Positions 9,440 through 17,763 of a stretch of 64,000 nucleotides of DNA are shown here, in pieces. The notes beneath the pieces were generated by a model, which did no database searches, was not told the origin of the DNA, and saw nothing but the letters and a program-made list of their open reading frames with translations. Every line of letters begins with the position of its first letter. Positions within the stretch are counted from its first letter, which is position 1. Location of the stretch: contig JBHIET010000002.1 in NCBI GenBank assembly GCA_046760785.1, forward strand, positions 17,052 to 81,051. The letters are read 5' to 3'. Both the position numbers and the translations under genes were made by a program. This DNA is from Anaerolineae bacterium. Lineage in GTDB: Bacteria > Chloroflexota > Anaerolineae > B4-G1.

Positions 9440-11922
9440 TGGGCTACTGCTGTTATTCTCTGAAGCGCCTCAACCTTGTCGTGACCATCGCGGTCGTTCT
9501 GGTTCAAACGGTAGGGGCCTACTTTTTCGGCAGCGGTTTCGACTTCGCTCTCTTCCGTGAGGCGACGTTGGACCACAACCCTTATGTCTGGCTCCCAGCG
9601 TATGGGTACTGGTTGCTCCGGCCGATTATGCTGCTTCCTTCTCGTCTTTCCCTGATCATAATAGTTCTTATCTCCTCTAGCTTGATGGCTTACACCGGGT
9701 ACAAGCTCACTGGAAGTGGGCTTCCGGCTTTACTCTCTTCAGCAGGTTTCCTCTCGGCGGAGACGGGTCAGATAGACGGCTTCGTCGCGTTGGGGCTGGT
9801 CTTGGGAGTCTTGGCCTGCGAACGACGGAAGCCTCACTTGCTGGGGGGCGCGCTTCTGTTGATGTCCCTGAAGCCGCACATTACCCTGGTCGCGGCCGTG
9901 TGGCTGATTGTGTACCTGCGCGATTGGCGCACGCTCCTGATCCCGGCGGGCGTATTCTTGCTCTCTCTGCTCACGGATGGGTTGTGGCCACTGGGTTTGC
10001 TCCAATCCCCGCCTCACGTTACCATGGTACCGCATAACATCTCGCTGTGGAGGCTCTGCGGCCCGTCTCTTCTTCCTTTGCTGGCCTTGCCTTTTCTGTT
10101 CGGTAGGCGCGATCCCCGGCGCGCGGTGACGCTGGCCGTCGCTGCGTCTGCTCTGGCGATGCCTTACTACAATTTCTACAGCCTGGACGTACTCTTCGGT
10201 GTGGGCGTTTCTCCCTGGCTGGTCCCTCTGACCTATATCCCGTTCCTGCCCTGGCCGGCGCAGTGGGAAGCCTGGCACGTCCTCGTATTGGCGTTCGTCC
10301 CGGCCCTGGGGCTGATCCTGCTGCTGGTGCGGCAGCGCTCTGGGTGGCGACGCTCTCGGTGGCTTCGGAGTTGGTACCGGCCGCTGCTGATCCTGCTGAC
10401 AGCGTTTCTGGCGCGGACGATCCACCTGCAGGGCCGCGCACTCTGGTACGACGAGTCCTTCGCCGCCCTGTACGCCTCTTTGAGTCCCGGCCAGATGATC
10501 TACGGCACGGTGGCGCCGGTGGCAGGGGCCGGCGCGGCCGACGTCCATCCCCTGCTCTACTACTTCCTGCTCCATGGCTGGATGGGGTTGGTGGGCCACT
10601 CTCCCCTGGCGCTGCGTTTCCTCTCTGTGGCTTTGGGCATGATCGCCGTGGCCCTGCTCTGGCGGCTGGCGGCCTGGTGCTTTGGTCGTCGGACGGGTTT
10701 GGTGGTGGGGTTGCTGGCGGCGGTGAACCCCTTCCACGTGGCCTACTCTCAGGAGGCACGGATGTACGGGTTGCTGGGCCTGGCGGCAGTGACAGCGGCT
10801 TGGGGGTTGCTGCGAGCACTGGAGGGCGCAGAGGAGCAAGGGACAACACGCAACACGCAACACGCAACACGCGACACGTTTCACGTTCTTGGTCATTGGT
10901 CATTGTTCATTGTGGGAGCTGCCCTCACCCTCTACGCCCACAACCTGGGTGCCTTTGTCCTGCTGGCTTTCCATCTGTTGGTCGTCGTCCGCCGCCGCTG
11001 GTGGCGTCGCCTGCCGGCCCTGGCCCTGGCCGACCTGGCCGCGCTGGCCCTCTTCGGTCCTTGGCTGGTGCTGGTGTTGCCGGGGCAGGTGGGTTTTGTG
11101 GGAAGAGGGTATTGGCTGACGCCGCCGGGCGTTGAGGAGGCGGTTCGTGCCATCATGCTCCCGCTCCTCACCTTCTACGAGCCTGCGCCGCTATGGCTCC
11201 TGGGGTTGAGCCTCTTCACAGGCGTGTTGCTCCTGACCCTGCTGATCCTGCGGCTCTGGCGGACCCGCTCGCGGGCCGGTTGGTTCCTCTTGCTGTGCTG
11301 GGTGCCGATCTTGCTCATCCTGCTCGCCTCCCTCTGGCGACCGGTCTACCTGGAGCGGGCACTGTTGCCCTCGGAGCTCTTTTATCTGGTGTCGGTGGGA
11401 TGGCTCCTGGCGCGGGGAGGGCTGCCGCGTCTCTTGCGCCTGGCGCTCGCGCTGCTGCTGGCGCTGGCGACACTGGGAGCGCTGGGGGTTCACTATACCT
11501 ACGCTCGTTTCCCCCGCCCCCCATTCGCCCGGCTGACCGCCTTTCTGCGGGAGAGAGTGACTCACGGGGAGGTGGTGGTCCACGACAACAAACTCACCTT
11601 CTTCCCGGCTCACTATTATGACCCCGCGCTGCCCCAAACTTTCTGCCCCGATCTGCCCGGCAGCGGCTCGAACACGCTGGCGCTGCCCACCCAAGAGGCA
11701 TTGGGGCTCTTTGCCACCCCCATCAGCCAGACGGTGGCCAGCGGGGTGACGGGGGTGTGGTACGTGGCCTTTGACCGCACCTGGGAGGAGTATCGCGTCC
11801 TGGGCTACGCCGACGCGCCCAACCGGACCTGGCTGCGTGCCCGCTGCCACCGGGAGGGGGAGGTGCACACGATCGCCGATCTGGAGATCTACCACTTTGC
11901 GAATTGTGAGGCAGAGCCGTGA
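9439..11922 (+). CDS. Two-domain polytopic membrane glycosyltransferase: N-terminal DUF2029-like domain fused to a C-terminal ArnT/PMT-like GT-C domain
   Basis: ATG at 9439 overlaps the upstream TAA by 1 nt (TAATG). First ~300 aa carry DFALFREATLDHNPYVW (DUF2029-like). Second half carries RTIHLQGRALWYDESFAALY (W-x-DE ArnT/PMT motif). Contains an in-frame heptamer repeat tract at 10844-10913. Confidence 0.6.
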   Translation: MGYCCYSLKRLNLVVTIAVVLVQTVGAYFFGSGFDFALFREATLDHNPYVWLPAYGYWLLRPIMLLPSRLSLIIIVLISSSLMAYTGYKLTGSGLPALLSSAGFLSAETGQIDGFVALGLVLGVLACERRKPHLLGGALLLMSLKPHITLVAAVWLIVYLRDWRTLLIPAGVFLLSLLTDGLWPLGLLQSPPHVTMVPHNISLWRLCGPSLLPLLALPFLFGRRDPRRAVTLAVAASALAMPYYNFYSLDVLFGVGVSPWLVPLTYIPFLPWPAQWEAWHVLVLAFVPALGLILLLVRQRSGWRRSRWLRSWYRPLLILLTAFLARTIHLQGRALWYDESFAALYASLSPGQMIYGTVAPVAGAGAADVHPLLYYFLLHGWMGLVGHSPLALRFLSVALGMIAVALLWRLAAWCFGRRTGLVVGLLAAVNPFHVAYSQEARMYGLLGLAAVTAAWGLLRALEGAEEQGTTRNTQHATRDTFHVLGHWSLFIVGAALTLYAHNLGAFVLLAFHLLVVVRRRWWRRLPALALADLAALALFGPWLVLVLPGQVGFVGRGYWLTPPGVEEAVRAIMLPLLTFYEPAPLWLLGLSLFTGVLLLTLLILRLWRTRSRAGWFLLLCWVPILLILLASLWRPVYLERALLPSELFYLVSVGWLLARGGLPRLLRLALALLLALATLGALGVHYTYARFPRPPFARLTAFLRERVTHGEVVVHDNKLTFFPAHYYDPALPQTFCPDLPGSGSNTLALPTQEALGLFATPISQTVASGVTGVWYVAFDRTWEEYRVLGYADAPNRTWLRARCHREGEVHTIADLEIYHFANCEAEP
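10844..10913. repeat. Ten-unit heptanucleotide tandem repeat tract (CAACACG x4, CGACACG, TTTCACG, then TCATTGG/TCATTGT units) lying in-frame inside the GT-C gene
   Basis: Read directly: caacacg caacacg caacacg caacacg cgacacg tttcacg ttcttgg tcattgg tcattgt tcattgt. Encodes the low-complexity peptide TTRNTQHATRDTFHVLGHWSLFIV between TM segments. Confidence 0.8.
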
Positions 11923-13574
11923 GTTGGGAAGTCTCGTGGAAGGAATACCGCTGGGCGGCGGCGGTCGCCTTGGTGGTGGTGGCTCTCTCTACCATCCCGT
12001 ATGCCGCCGGTTACCTGGCCCAGACTCCTGACCTGCGCTTTGCCGGAGCCGTTTTCGATCTGGAGGATTATCACAGCCACCTGGCCAAGATGTGGCAGGG
12101 ATACTGGGGGGAGTGGCGCTACCGGCTGCTCTTTACCTCCGAGGAGCACGAGGGTGCGTATCTGCAGACGTTCTACGTGGCGTTGGGCCATTGTGCACGA
12201 CTGCTGGGATTGGGCCTGCCGCTCACCTACCACCTGGCACGGGTTGTGGCGGGCGTGGTGCTCCTGCTGACCGTCTACCGCTTCGTCGCGCTCTTCACCG
12301 CCGGGGAGGTGCGGAGCGTTGCCTTCCTGCTGGCGGCCACCTCTTCCGGCCTGGGATGGCTGGTCGAGGGGCTGTGCCCCACGCCGCCGGGTGGGATCTC
12401 CCCCATTGATTTCTGGCTCATTGACGCCTACACCTTCTTTTCCCTGTTCACCTTTCCCCATTTCTCCGCTGCCGTCGCGCTCTTACTTTCGCTGTACGGG
12501 ATGCTGCTGCGGTTGGCGGAAGGTGTGTCGCCTGGAAGCGTGCCACGTTTGCGAGATGTGGTGGCAGTGATTCTCCTATCCTGGGGATTGGGCCTCGTCC
12601 ACCCCTATGCCCTGCTCCTGGCCGACCTGGTTCCGGCGCTCTATCTGATCTGGCGCACCGTCGTGGAACGACGATTGCCCCTGCGCCTGCTGCTCGCCCT
12701 GGTTGCGATGGGACTGGCCCAGGCACCGCTCCTGCTGTACGACTACCGCGTCTTTGCCACCTCACCTGTCTTTGGTGCCTGGTCTGCTCAGAACCTCACC
12801 CTCTCTCCGCCTCCTCTGCACTACCTCCTGGGTTACGGCGTCGTGGCGCTGCTGGCAGCGTGGGGAGTTCGTTCGGCCCTCCGGGCTTCCCGACGCGTTC
12901 CGTTCCTGCTTCTGTGGGTTGTTGTCGCCTTCTCTCTGGCGTACTTTCCCTGGGGGTTGCAGCGCCGCTTCGTCGAGGGCCTCCACGCGGGGTTGTGCGT
13001 GCTGGCGGGGTACGGACTGGTGGAGGGGCTGCTGCCCGTGTTGGCCCGACCACTGGGGCGGCTGGCCCGTCTCCTGCACTACAGTCCCCGGCGGCTGCGC
13101 TGGTTGGCGCGGGGGCTGGTCCTGGCGCTGGCCGCTCTCTCCAATCTCTACCTGATCGCCACCTACACGCTGGCGGCAGCGGCCTGGCACCCGGACCTGT
13201 TTCACTCTGCCGATCAAGTCGCAGCCGGGGAGTGGCTAGCGGCCAACACCGAATGGCAGGAGACGGTGCTGGCTGCTTATGAAACCGGCAATTGGCTCGC
13301 CGGGACCATCGGTCGCCGGGTAGTGCTGGGCCACTGGGCGGAGACGATGGATTGTGAGGCGAAGCGGGAGCAGGTGGCAGCCTTCTACTCGGAGGGCGCG
13401 TCTGAGGCGGAGCGGCGCGGGTTGTTGGAGCGATGGAACGTGCACTACGTCTACCTTGGCCCGGAGGAGCGGGCGCTGGGTGGGTTCGATCCAGCAATGA
13501 CCTCATACCTGAAGCTGGTGTTCCAGCAGGGGGATGCATCGGTCTACCGGGTGACGCTGGAGGGGGCACCGTGA
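11919..13574 (+). CDS. Polytopic membrane protein of the same array (GT-C-like, family not recognised)
   Basis: GTG start overlapping the upstream stop (GTGA). At least 12 predicted TM helices. Soluble C-terminal ~120 aa domain. Positioned between ArnT-like paralogs. Confidence 0.45.
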   Translation: MSWEVSWKEYRWAAAVALVVVALSTIPYAAGYLAQTPDLRFAGAVFDLEDYHSHLAKMWQGYWGEWRYRLLFTSEEHEGAYLQTFYVALGHCARLLGLGLPLTYHLARVVAGVVLLLTVYRFVALFTAGEVRSVAFLLAATSSGLGWLVEGLCPTPPGGISPIDFWLIDAYTFFSLFTFPHFSAAVALLLSLYGMLLRLAEGVSPGSVPRLRDVVAVILLSWGLGLVHPYALLLADLVPALYLIWRTVVERRLPLRLLLALVAMGLAQAPLLLYDYRVFATSPVFGAWSAQNLTLSPPPLHYLLGYGVVALLAAWGVRSALRASRRVPFLLLWVVVAFSLAYFPWGLQRRFVEGLHAGLCVLAGYGLVEGLLPVLARPLGRLARLLHYSPRRLRWLARGLVLALAALSNLYLIATYTLAAAAWHPDLFHSADQVAAGEWLAANTEWQETVLAAYETGNWLAGTIGRRVVLGHWAETMDCEAKREQVAAFYSEGASEAERRGLLERWNVHYVYLGPEERALGGFDPAMTSYLKLVFQQGDASVYRVTLEGAP

Positions 13575-15250
13575 ACCGAGTTCGGCGAGACCTGGCGGCG
13601 CTGTTCGTTCTCTCCCTGACGGTGCGGCTGGCCGTAGCCGCCCTCATCCCCCGGCCCGGTTACATGGACGCGGCCTACTACGCCGCCGGAGCGGTGCATC
13701 TTGCCGGGGGGGGAGGGGTGAATGATCCTTTCCTCTGGAACTATTTGGATGACCCCACGGGCATTCCTCACCCCGGGTTCCTCTACTGGATGCCGCTCCC
13801 CTCTCTCCTGGCGGCTCCCTTTGCCTCTCTCTTCCCGGGCTCCTTCTTTGCCCTCCAGCTTCCCTTTGCGCTTCTCTCCGCCCTGCTCCCCCTCGTCGCC
13901 TACGGGCTGGCCTGGGAAGTCGCCGGTCGGCACCGTGCGGCCTGGCTGGCGTCGCTCCTTACGCTCTTCAGCGGCTTCTTCTTCCCCTACTGGACCCTCC
14001 CGGAGACGTTTGCTCCGTTTGCCCTTTTCGGCAGCTTGGCGCTGTGGCTCGCCGGAAGATGGCGGCTGACTACTGACCACTGGCTACTGACTACTGACTA
14101 CTGGCTACTGACTACTGGCTACTGGCTACTGACTGGGTTGCTGGTCGGCCTGGCTCACCTCACCCGCGCCGATGGCATCCTGTTGTTGCCCGTGGTCGCC
14201 CTTGTCCCTCTGGCCTTCGCTCAACCACACAACGCCCAGCACGCAACACGCGCTGTCCTGAGCTTGTCGAAGGGCAATACGCAATACGTAACACGTTCGT
14301 TCATTGTTCATTGTTCATTGATCCTCCTCGGCTATCTCCTTGCGATGGCTCCCTGGTTCCTCCGCAACCTCTCCCTCATCGGCACCCCTCTCTCTCCGGC
14401 CGGCACCAAGACCCTCTGGCTGCGCACCTACGACGACATTTTCTGCTATGGCTGTGCTCTCTCCCCCCGCTCTTACCTGGCCTGGGGGTGGGGGAACATC
14501 TGGCACTCCAAATTGTGGGCGCTGGGGGTGAACCTGGAGCGGTTCCTGGCGGAGGACTGCCTGGTCTTCCTGCTGCCTTTCGTTCTCGTTGGCCTGTACC
14601 GCTTGCGCCATCGCCTCTCTTTCACCCTTGCCCTCATCTACTTTTTCCTCATTTACTTCCTCCATTCCCTGGCCTTTACTTTTCCCGGCCCTCGCGGCGG
14701 CTTCTTCCACGCCAGCGCTCCTGCCTTGCCCTTCCTCTTTGCCGCCGCTGCGGAGGGATTGGAGGCAACGCTGGGCTGGGCGGCCCGGCACCGGAGCTGG
14801 AAGCGGGGGCAGGCCCAGCTGATCTTTGGCACAGCGACGGTGGTGGCGGCGGTGATCCTGAGCGGCTACGCGACGGCGGGTAAACTGCTCGCCTGGCGGA
14901 GCGCTGACCAGGCTTATCTGGAGATTGATGTGTGGCTGGATGGGCACGACGTGCCGGATAGTACAATGGTCATGGTTGGCAACCCCCCTGCTTTTTGGTA
15001 TCATACTCGTAGACCGGCCGTGGTTGTGCCCAACGGTGATTCCGACGCGTTATTGGAGGTCTGCGCCCGTTACCGGGCGGATTACGTCGTGTTGGACGAG
15101 AACAGGCCGGGGGCGTTGGCCGGGGTGTATGAGGGTGCGAGAGTGACAGGGTTGCGGTTGATGGCGACATTCGACGGCGCGCGGGTCAGACTCTACCGCC
15201 GGGTAGAGGGGCCGGAGGGAGGATGTTTCGGCGTTTTCGACGCTTTCTGA
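13571..15250 (+). CDS. Polytopic membrane glycosyltransferase, ArnT/PMT-like GT-C fold
   Basis: GTG start overlapping the upstream stop (GTGA). N-terminal TM then YMDAAYYAAGAVHL loop typical of ArnT/PMT-like enzymes. Many TM segments. C-terminal soluble domain. Carries two in-frame repeat insertions. Confidence 0.6.
   Translation: MNRVRRDLAALFVLSLTVRLAVAALIPRPGYMDAAYYAAGAVHLAGGGGVNDPFLWNYLDDPTGIPHPGFLYWMPLPSLLAAPFASLFPGSFFALQLPFALLSALLPLVAYGLAWEVAGRHRAAWLASLLTLFSGFFFPYWTLPETFAPFALFGSLALWLAGRWRLTTDHWLLTTDYWLLTTGYWLLTGLLVGLAHLTRADGILLLPVVALVPLAFAQPHNAQHATRAVLSLSKGNTQYVTRSFIVHCSLILLGYLLAMAPWFLRNLSLIGTPLSPAGTKTLWLRTYDDIFCYGCALSPRSYLAWGWGNIWHSKLWALGVNLERFLAEDCLVFLLPFVLVGLYRLRHRLSFTLALIYFFLIYFLHSLAFTFPGPRGGFFHASAPALPFLFAAAAEGLEATLGWAARHRSWKRGQAQLIFGTATVVAAVILSGYATAGKLLAWRSADQAYLEIDVWLDGHDVPDSTMVMVGNPPAFWYHTRRPAVVVPNGDSDALLEVCARYRADYVVLDENRPGALAGVYEGARVTGLRLMATFDGARVRLYRRVEGPEGGCFGVFDAF
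14064..14133. repeat. Ten-unit heptanucleotide tandem repeat (TACTGAC/TACTGGC) in-frame inside the GT-C gene
   Basis: ggctgac tactgac cactggc tactgac tactgac tactggc tactgac tactggc tactggc tactgac. Encodes RLTTDHWLLTTDYWLLTTGYWLLTG. Confidence 0.85.
14226..14320. repeat. Composite repeat element: CACGCAA-type heptamers + 24-nt core CTGTCCTGAGCTTGTCGAAGGGCA + CAATACG/TAACACG heptamers + GTTCATT x3, in-frame in the coding sequence
   Basis: Same unit types as 10844-10913, with an added core at 14253-14275. On the + strand it encodes AVLSLSKG. Its complement encodes ALRQAQDSA (LRQAQD-type repeat peptide). Confidence 0.8.
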
Positions 15251-16638
15251 CGCTGTTGGCTATCGGCGATGTGTTACTCACCCTGGCGGCCCTGGCGTTG
15301 GCCGCCTTCTTGCGCCACGCCCTGCCGTGGGGCAAACCACTGGGGGCGTCAGAGTACCCTCTCGTGGCACCGGTCGTCTACGGCGTGGTGGCCCTGGTCT
15401 GGCCGGTGGCTTTCCAGATGCTCAAGGTCTATGACTCGCACCTGGCCACCAGTGCCCGCGGCCAGATTCGACGGATCACTCCGGCTGTCCCGATCTCGGT
15501 CTTTGTGTTGGGAGGCTTCCTGTATTTTACCTACCGCGAGGTGCCACGCCTGCTGGTGGTCTACTTCGCCGGGCTGGATTGGCTCCTGCTCGCTTCGATG
15601 CGCGTCGTGGCGGTGGCGTTGCTGCGCACCCTCCGGGACGTGCGGCGCACGGCCGGGCGCGTCCTGATCGTCGGAGCAGGCGAGACGGCTGTGGAAGTGG
15701 CCGAGATCATCAACCGTGAACTGTCCCCGGCCTATCACGTCGTCGGGCTCGTCGCCGACGATGAAGACGATGAGTCGGAACAGGCTGGCCGCTGGCCCAT
15801 TCTCGGACGGATCGCCGAGACGGGCGTCGTTGCCTGGCAAAAGGGATGCGACGAGATCATCATCGCCCTGCCCTCCGAGCGTCACGAGGACATTGATGCC
15901 ATCGTCTACGAATTGCAGGAACAGCCGGTGCACATTTACATCGTCCCGGACCTCTTTCGCCTGGCGCTGGTGCGCGCCCGTGCCGAGACCCTCTTTGGTG
16001 TGCCGCTGGTGGGGCTGCGCGAGCCGGTGATTGATGGGGTGGATTGGGCGATCAAGCGCACCTTCGATCTGCTGCTGACGCTGGTGGCGCTTCCCCTCGC
16101 CCTGCCGGTGATGGCGCTCGTCGCGCTGGCGATCAAACTGGATGATGGAGGGCCGGTTCTCTTCCAGCAAGAACGTATCGGAGAAAATGGACGTCGTTTT
16201 CGTATGCTCAAATTCCGCACCATGGTGCCGGGGGCCGAAAGGTTGCAGGCCCAGGTGACCCGGCTGGATGAGAAGGGCAGTCCGGTATACAAAGTATCTC
16301 ACGACCCGCGCGTCACCAGAGTGGGGCGTTTCTTGCGCCGCTGGAGCCTCGACGAGCTTCCCCAACTCTTCAACGTCTTGCGCGGGGAGATGAGCCTGGT
16401 GGGGCCGCGCCCGGAGCAGGTCTTCGTCGTCGAGCAGTATGAGCCGTGGCAGCGGCAACGGTTAGCCGTGCCACCGGGGATGACCGGCTGGTGGCAGGTC
16501 AGCGGCCGCAGTGACCTGCCCATGCACCTGAACACGCAATATGACCTGTTCTACATCCGCAACTACTCGCTGTGGCTCGACCTCAAGATTCTGTGGTTGA
16601 CGGTTTGGGCTGTGTTGCGGGGGGAAGGGGCGTATTGA
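15223..16638 (+). CDS. Polyprenyl-phosphate sugar-1-phosphate transferase (WbaP/WcaJ-like initiating bacterial sugar transferase)
   Basis: N-terminal TM segments. Central Rossmann-like region. C-terminal Bac_transf-type block [13 protein letters not shown]...[16 protein letters not shown]...LWLDLKILW. Good RBS GGAGGGAGG before the ATG at 15223. Confidence 0.85.
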   Translation: MFRRFRRFLTLLAIGDVLLTLAALALAAFLRHALPWGKPLGASEYPLVAPVVYGVVALVWPVAFQMLKVYDSHLATSARGQIRRITPAVPISVFVLGGFLYFTYREVPRLLVVYFAGLDWLLLASMRVVAVALLRTLRDVRRTAGRVLIVGAGETAVEVAEIINRELSPAYHVVGLVADDEDDESEQAGRWPILGRIAETGVVAWQKGCDEIIIALPSERHEDIDAIVYELQEQPVHIYIVPDLFRLALVRARAETLFGVPLVGLREPVIDGVDWAIKRTFDLLLTLVALPLALPVMALVALAIKLDDGGPVLFQQERIGENGRRFRMLKFRTMVPGAERLQAQVTRLDEKGSPVYKVSHDPRVTRVGRFLRRWSLDELPQLFNVLRGEMSLVGPRPEQVFVVEQYEPWQRQRLAVPPGMTGWWQVSGRSDLPMHLNTQYDLFYIRNYSLWLDLKILWLTVWAVLRGEGAY

Positions 16639-16640
16639 GG

Positions 16641-17756
16641 ATGCAAAAGGTCTTGCTGGTCTTTGGTACCCGACCAGAGGCGATCAAAATGGCCCCGGTG
16701 GTTAGGGAGCTAAGCAGATACCCCACCGAGTTCAAGGTCAAAATTTGCCTTACCGCTCAACATCGCGAGATGCTGGATCAGGTTTTGACCCTTTTTGATA
16801 TTGAGGCTGATTACGACCTGAACATTATGCGGGATAGGCAGACTCTCTCGCGGGTCACGGCCGAGGTCCTGACAGGGGTAGAGGAGGTGATAAAGACAGA
16901 GAACCCAGGCTGGGTCCTGGTGCAGGGCGATACGACCACAGCGATGGCCGCCGCTCTGGCGGCGTTTTATCAAAAAGTCCGGGTGGCCCACATAGAGGCT
17001 GGGCTGAGGACCTGGAACAAAGCTCAGCCCTATCCAGAAGAGATCAACCGCGTGATCGCCGACGTGGTCTGCGACCTACACTTTGCCCCGACGGAAGCGG
17101 CCAGGTGGAACCTGCTGTGCGAAGGGATCGGCGCGGGAAGCATCTTTGTCACGGGCAACACAGTCATTGACGCGCTGTTGGAGACTGTGGAGAGGGAGTA
17201 CGACCTGGAGAGTGGGCCTTTGCGGAACATCCCGCCGGACAGGAGAATCATCCTCGTTACTGCCCACCGGCGGGAGAACTTTGGGCCGCCCCTGGTCAAT
17301 ATCTGCCGCGCCCTCCAGAAAATCGCTCGACGATATGAGTCCGACGTACACCTGGTCTATCCCGTGCACCTTAACCCCAATGTACAGGGGGTGGTCTATC
17401 CCATTTTGGAGGGGGTAGCCAACATCTCTCTGCTGAAGCCGCTGGACTACCTGTCCTTTGTCCACTTGATGAACAGAGCCTATCTCGTCCTGACCGATTC
17501 GGGCGGCTTGCAGGAGGAGGCACCCAGCTTGGGCAAGCCGGTGCTGGTTCTGCGTGAGGTCACAGAGCGGCCGGAGGCGGTGGAGGCGGGAACGGTCAGG
17601 GTCGTGGGGACGGATGAGGAGCGGATCATGGCGGAGGTAGTGCGGTTGCTGGAAGATGCTGGAGCCTACCGCCGGATGGCCCAGGCAGCAAATCCGTATG
17701 GCGATGGCCACGCCGCCGCCCGTATCGTGAACACGTTGTTGTCGCTGCGGGAGTGA
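16641..17756 (+). CDS. wecB: UDP-N-acetylglucosamine 2-epimerase (non-hydrolysing)
   Basis: MQKVLLVFGTRPEAIKMAPV N-terminus, HIEAGLRT, and DSGGLQEEAPSLGKPVLVLR are diagnostic of WecB/MnaA. The six-frame ORF extends to 16572, but the ATG at 16641 fits the family N-terminus. Confidence 0.9.
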   Translation: MQKVLLVFGTRPEAIKMAPVVRELSRYPTEFKVKICLTAQHREMLDQVLTLFDIEADYDLNIMRDRQTLSRVTAEVLTGVEEVIKTENPGWVLVQGDTTTAMAAALAAFYQKVRVAHIEAGLRTWNKAQPYPEEINRVIADVVCDLHFAPTEAARWNLLCEGIGAGSIFVTGNTVIDALLETVEREYDLESGPLRNIPPDRRIILVTAHRRENFGPPLVNICRALQKIARRYESDVHLVYPVHLNPNVQGVVYPILEGVANISLLKPLDYLSFVHLMNRAYLVLTDSGGLQEEAPSLGKPVLVLREVTERPEAVEAGTVRVVGTDEERIMAEVVRLLEDAGAYRRMAQAANPYGDGHAAARIVNTLLSLRE

Positions 17757-17763
17757 AGATAGG

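Noticed and set aside
16572-16640. Upstream extension of wecB to the M at 16572
   Set aside because: It would overlap the WbaP gene by 67 nt and add a non-conserved leader. MQKVLLVFGTRPEAIKM at 16641 matches the family N-terminus.
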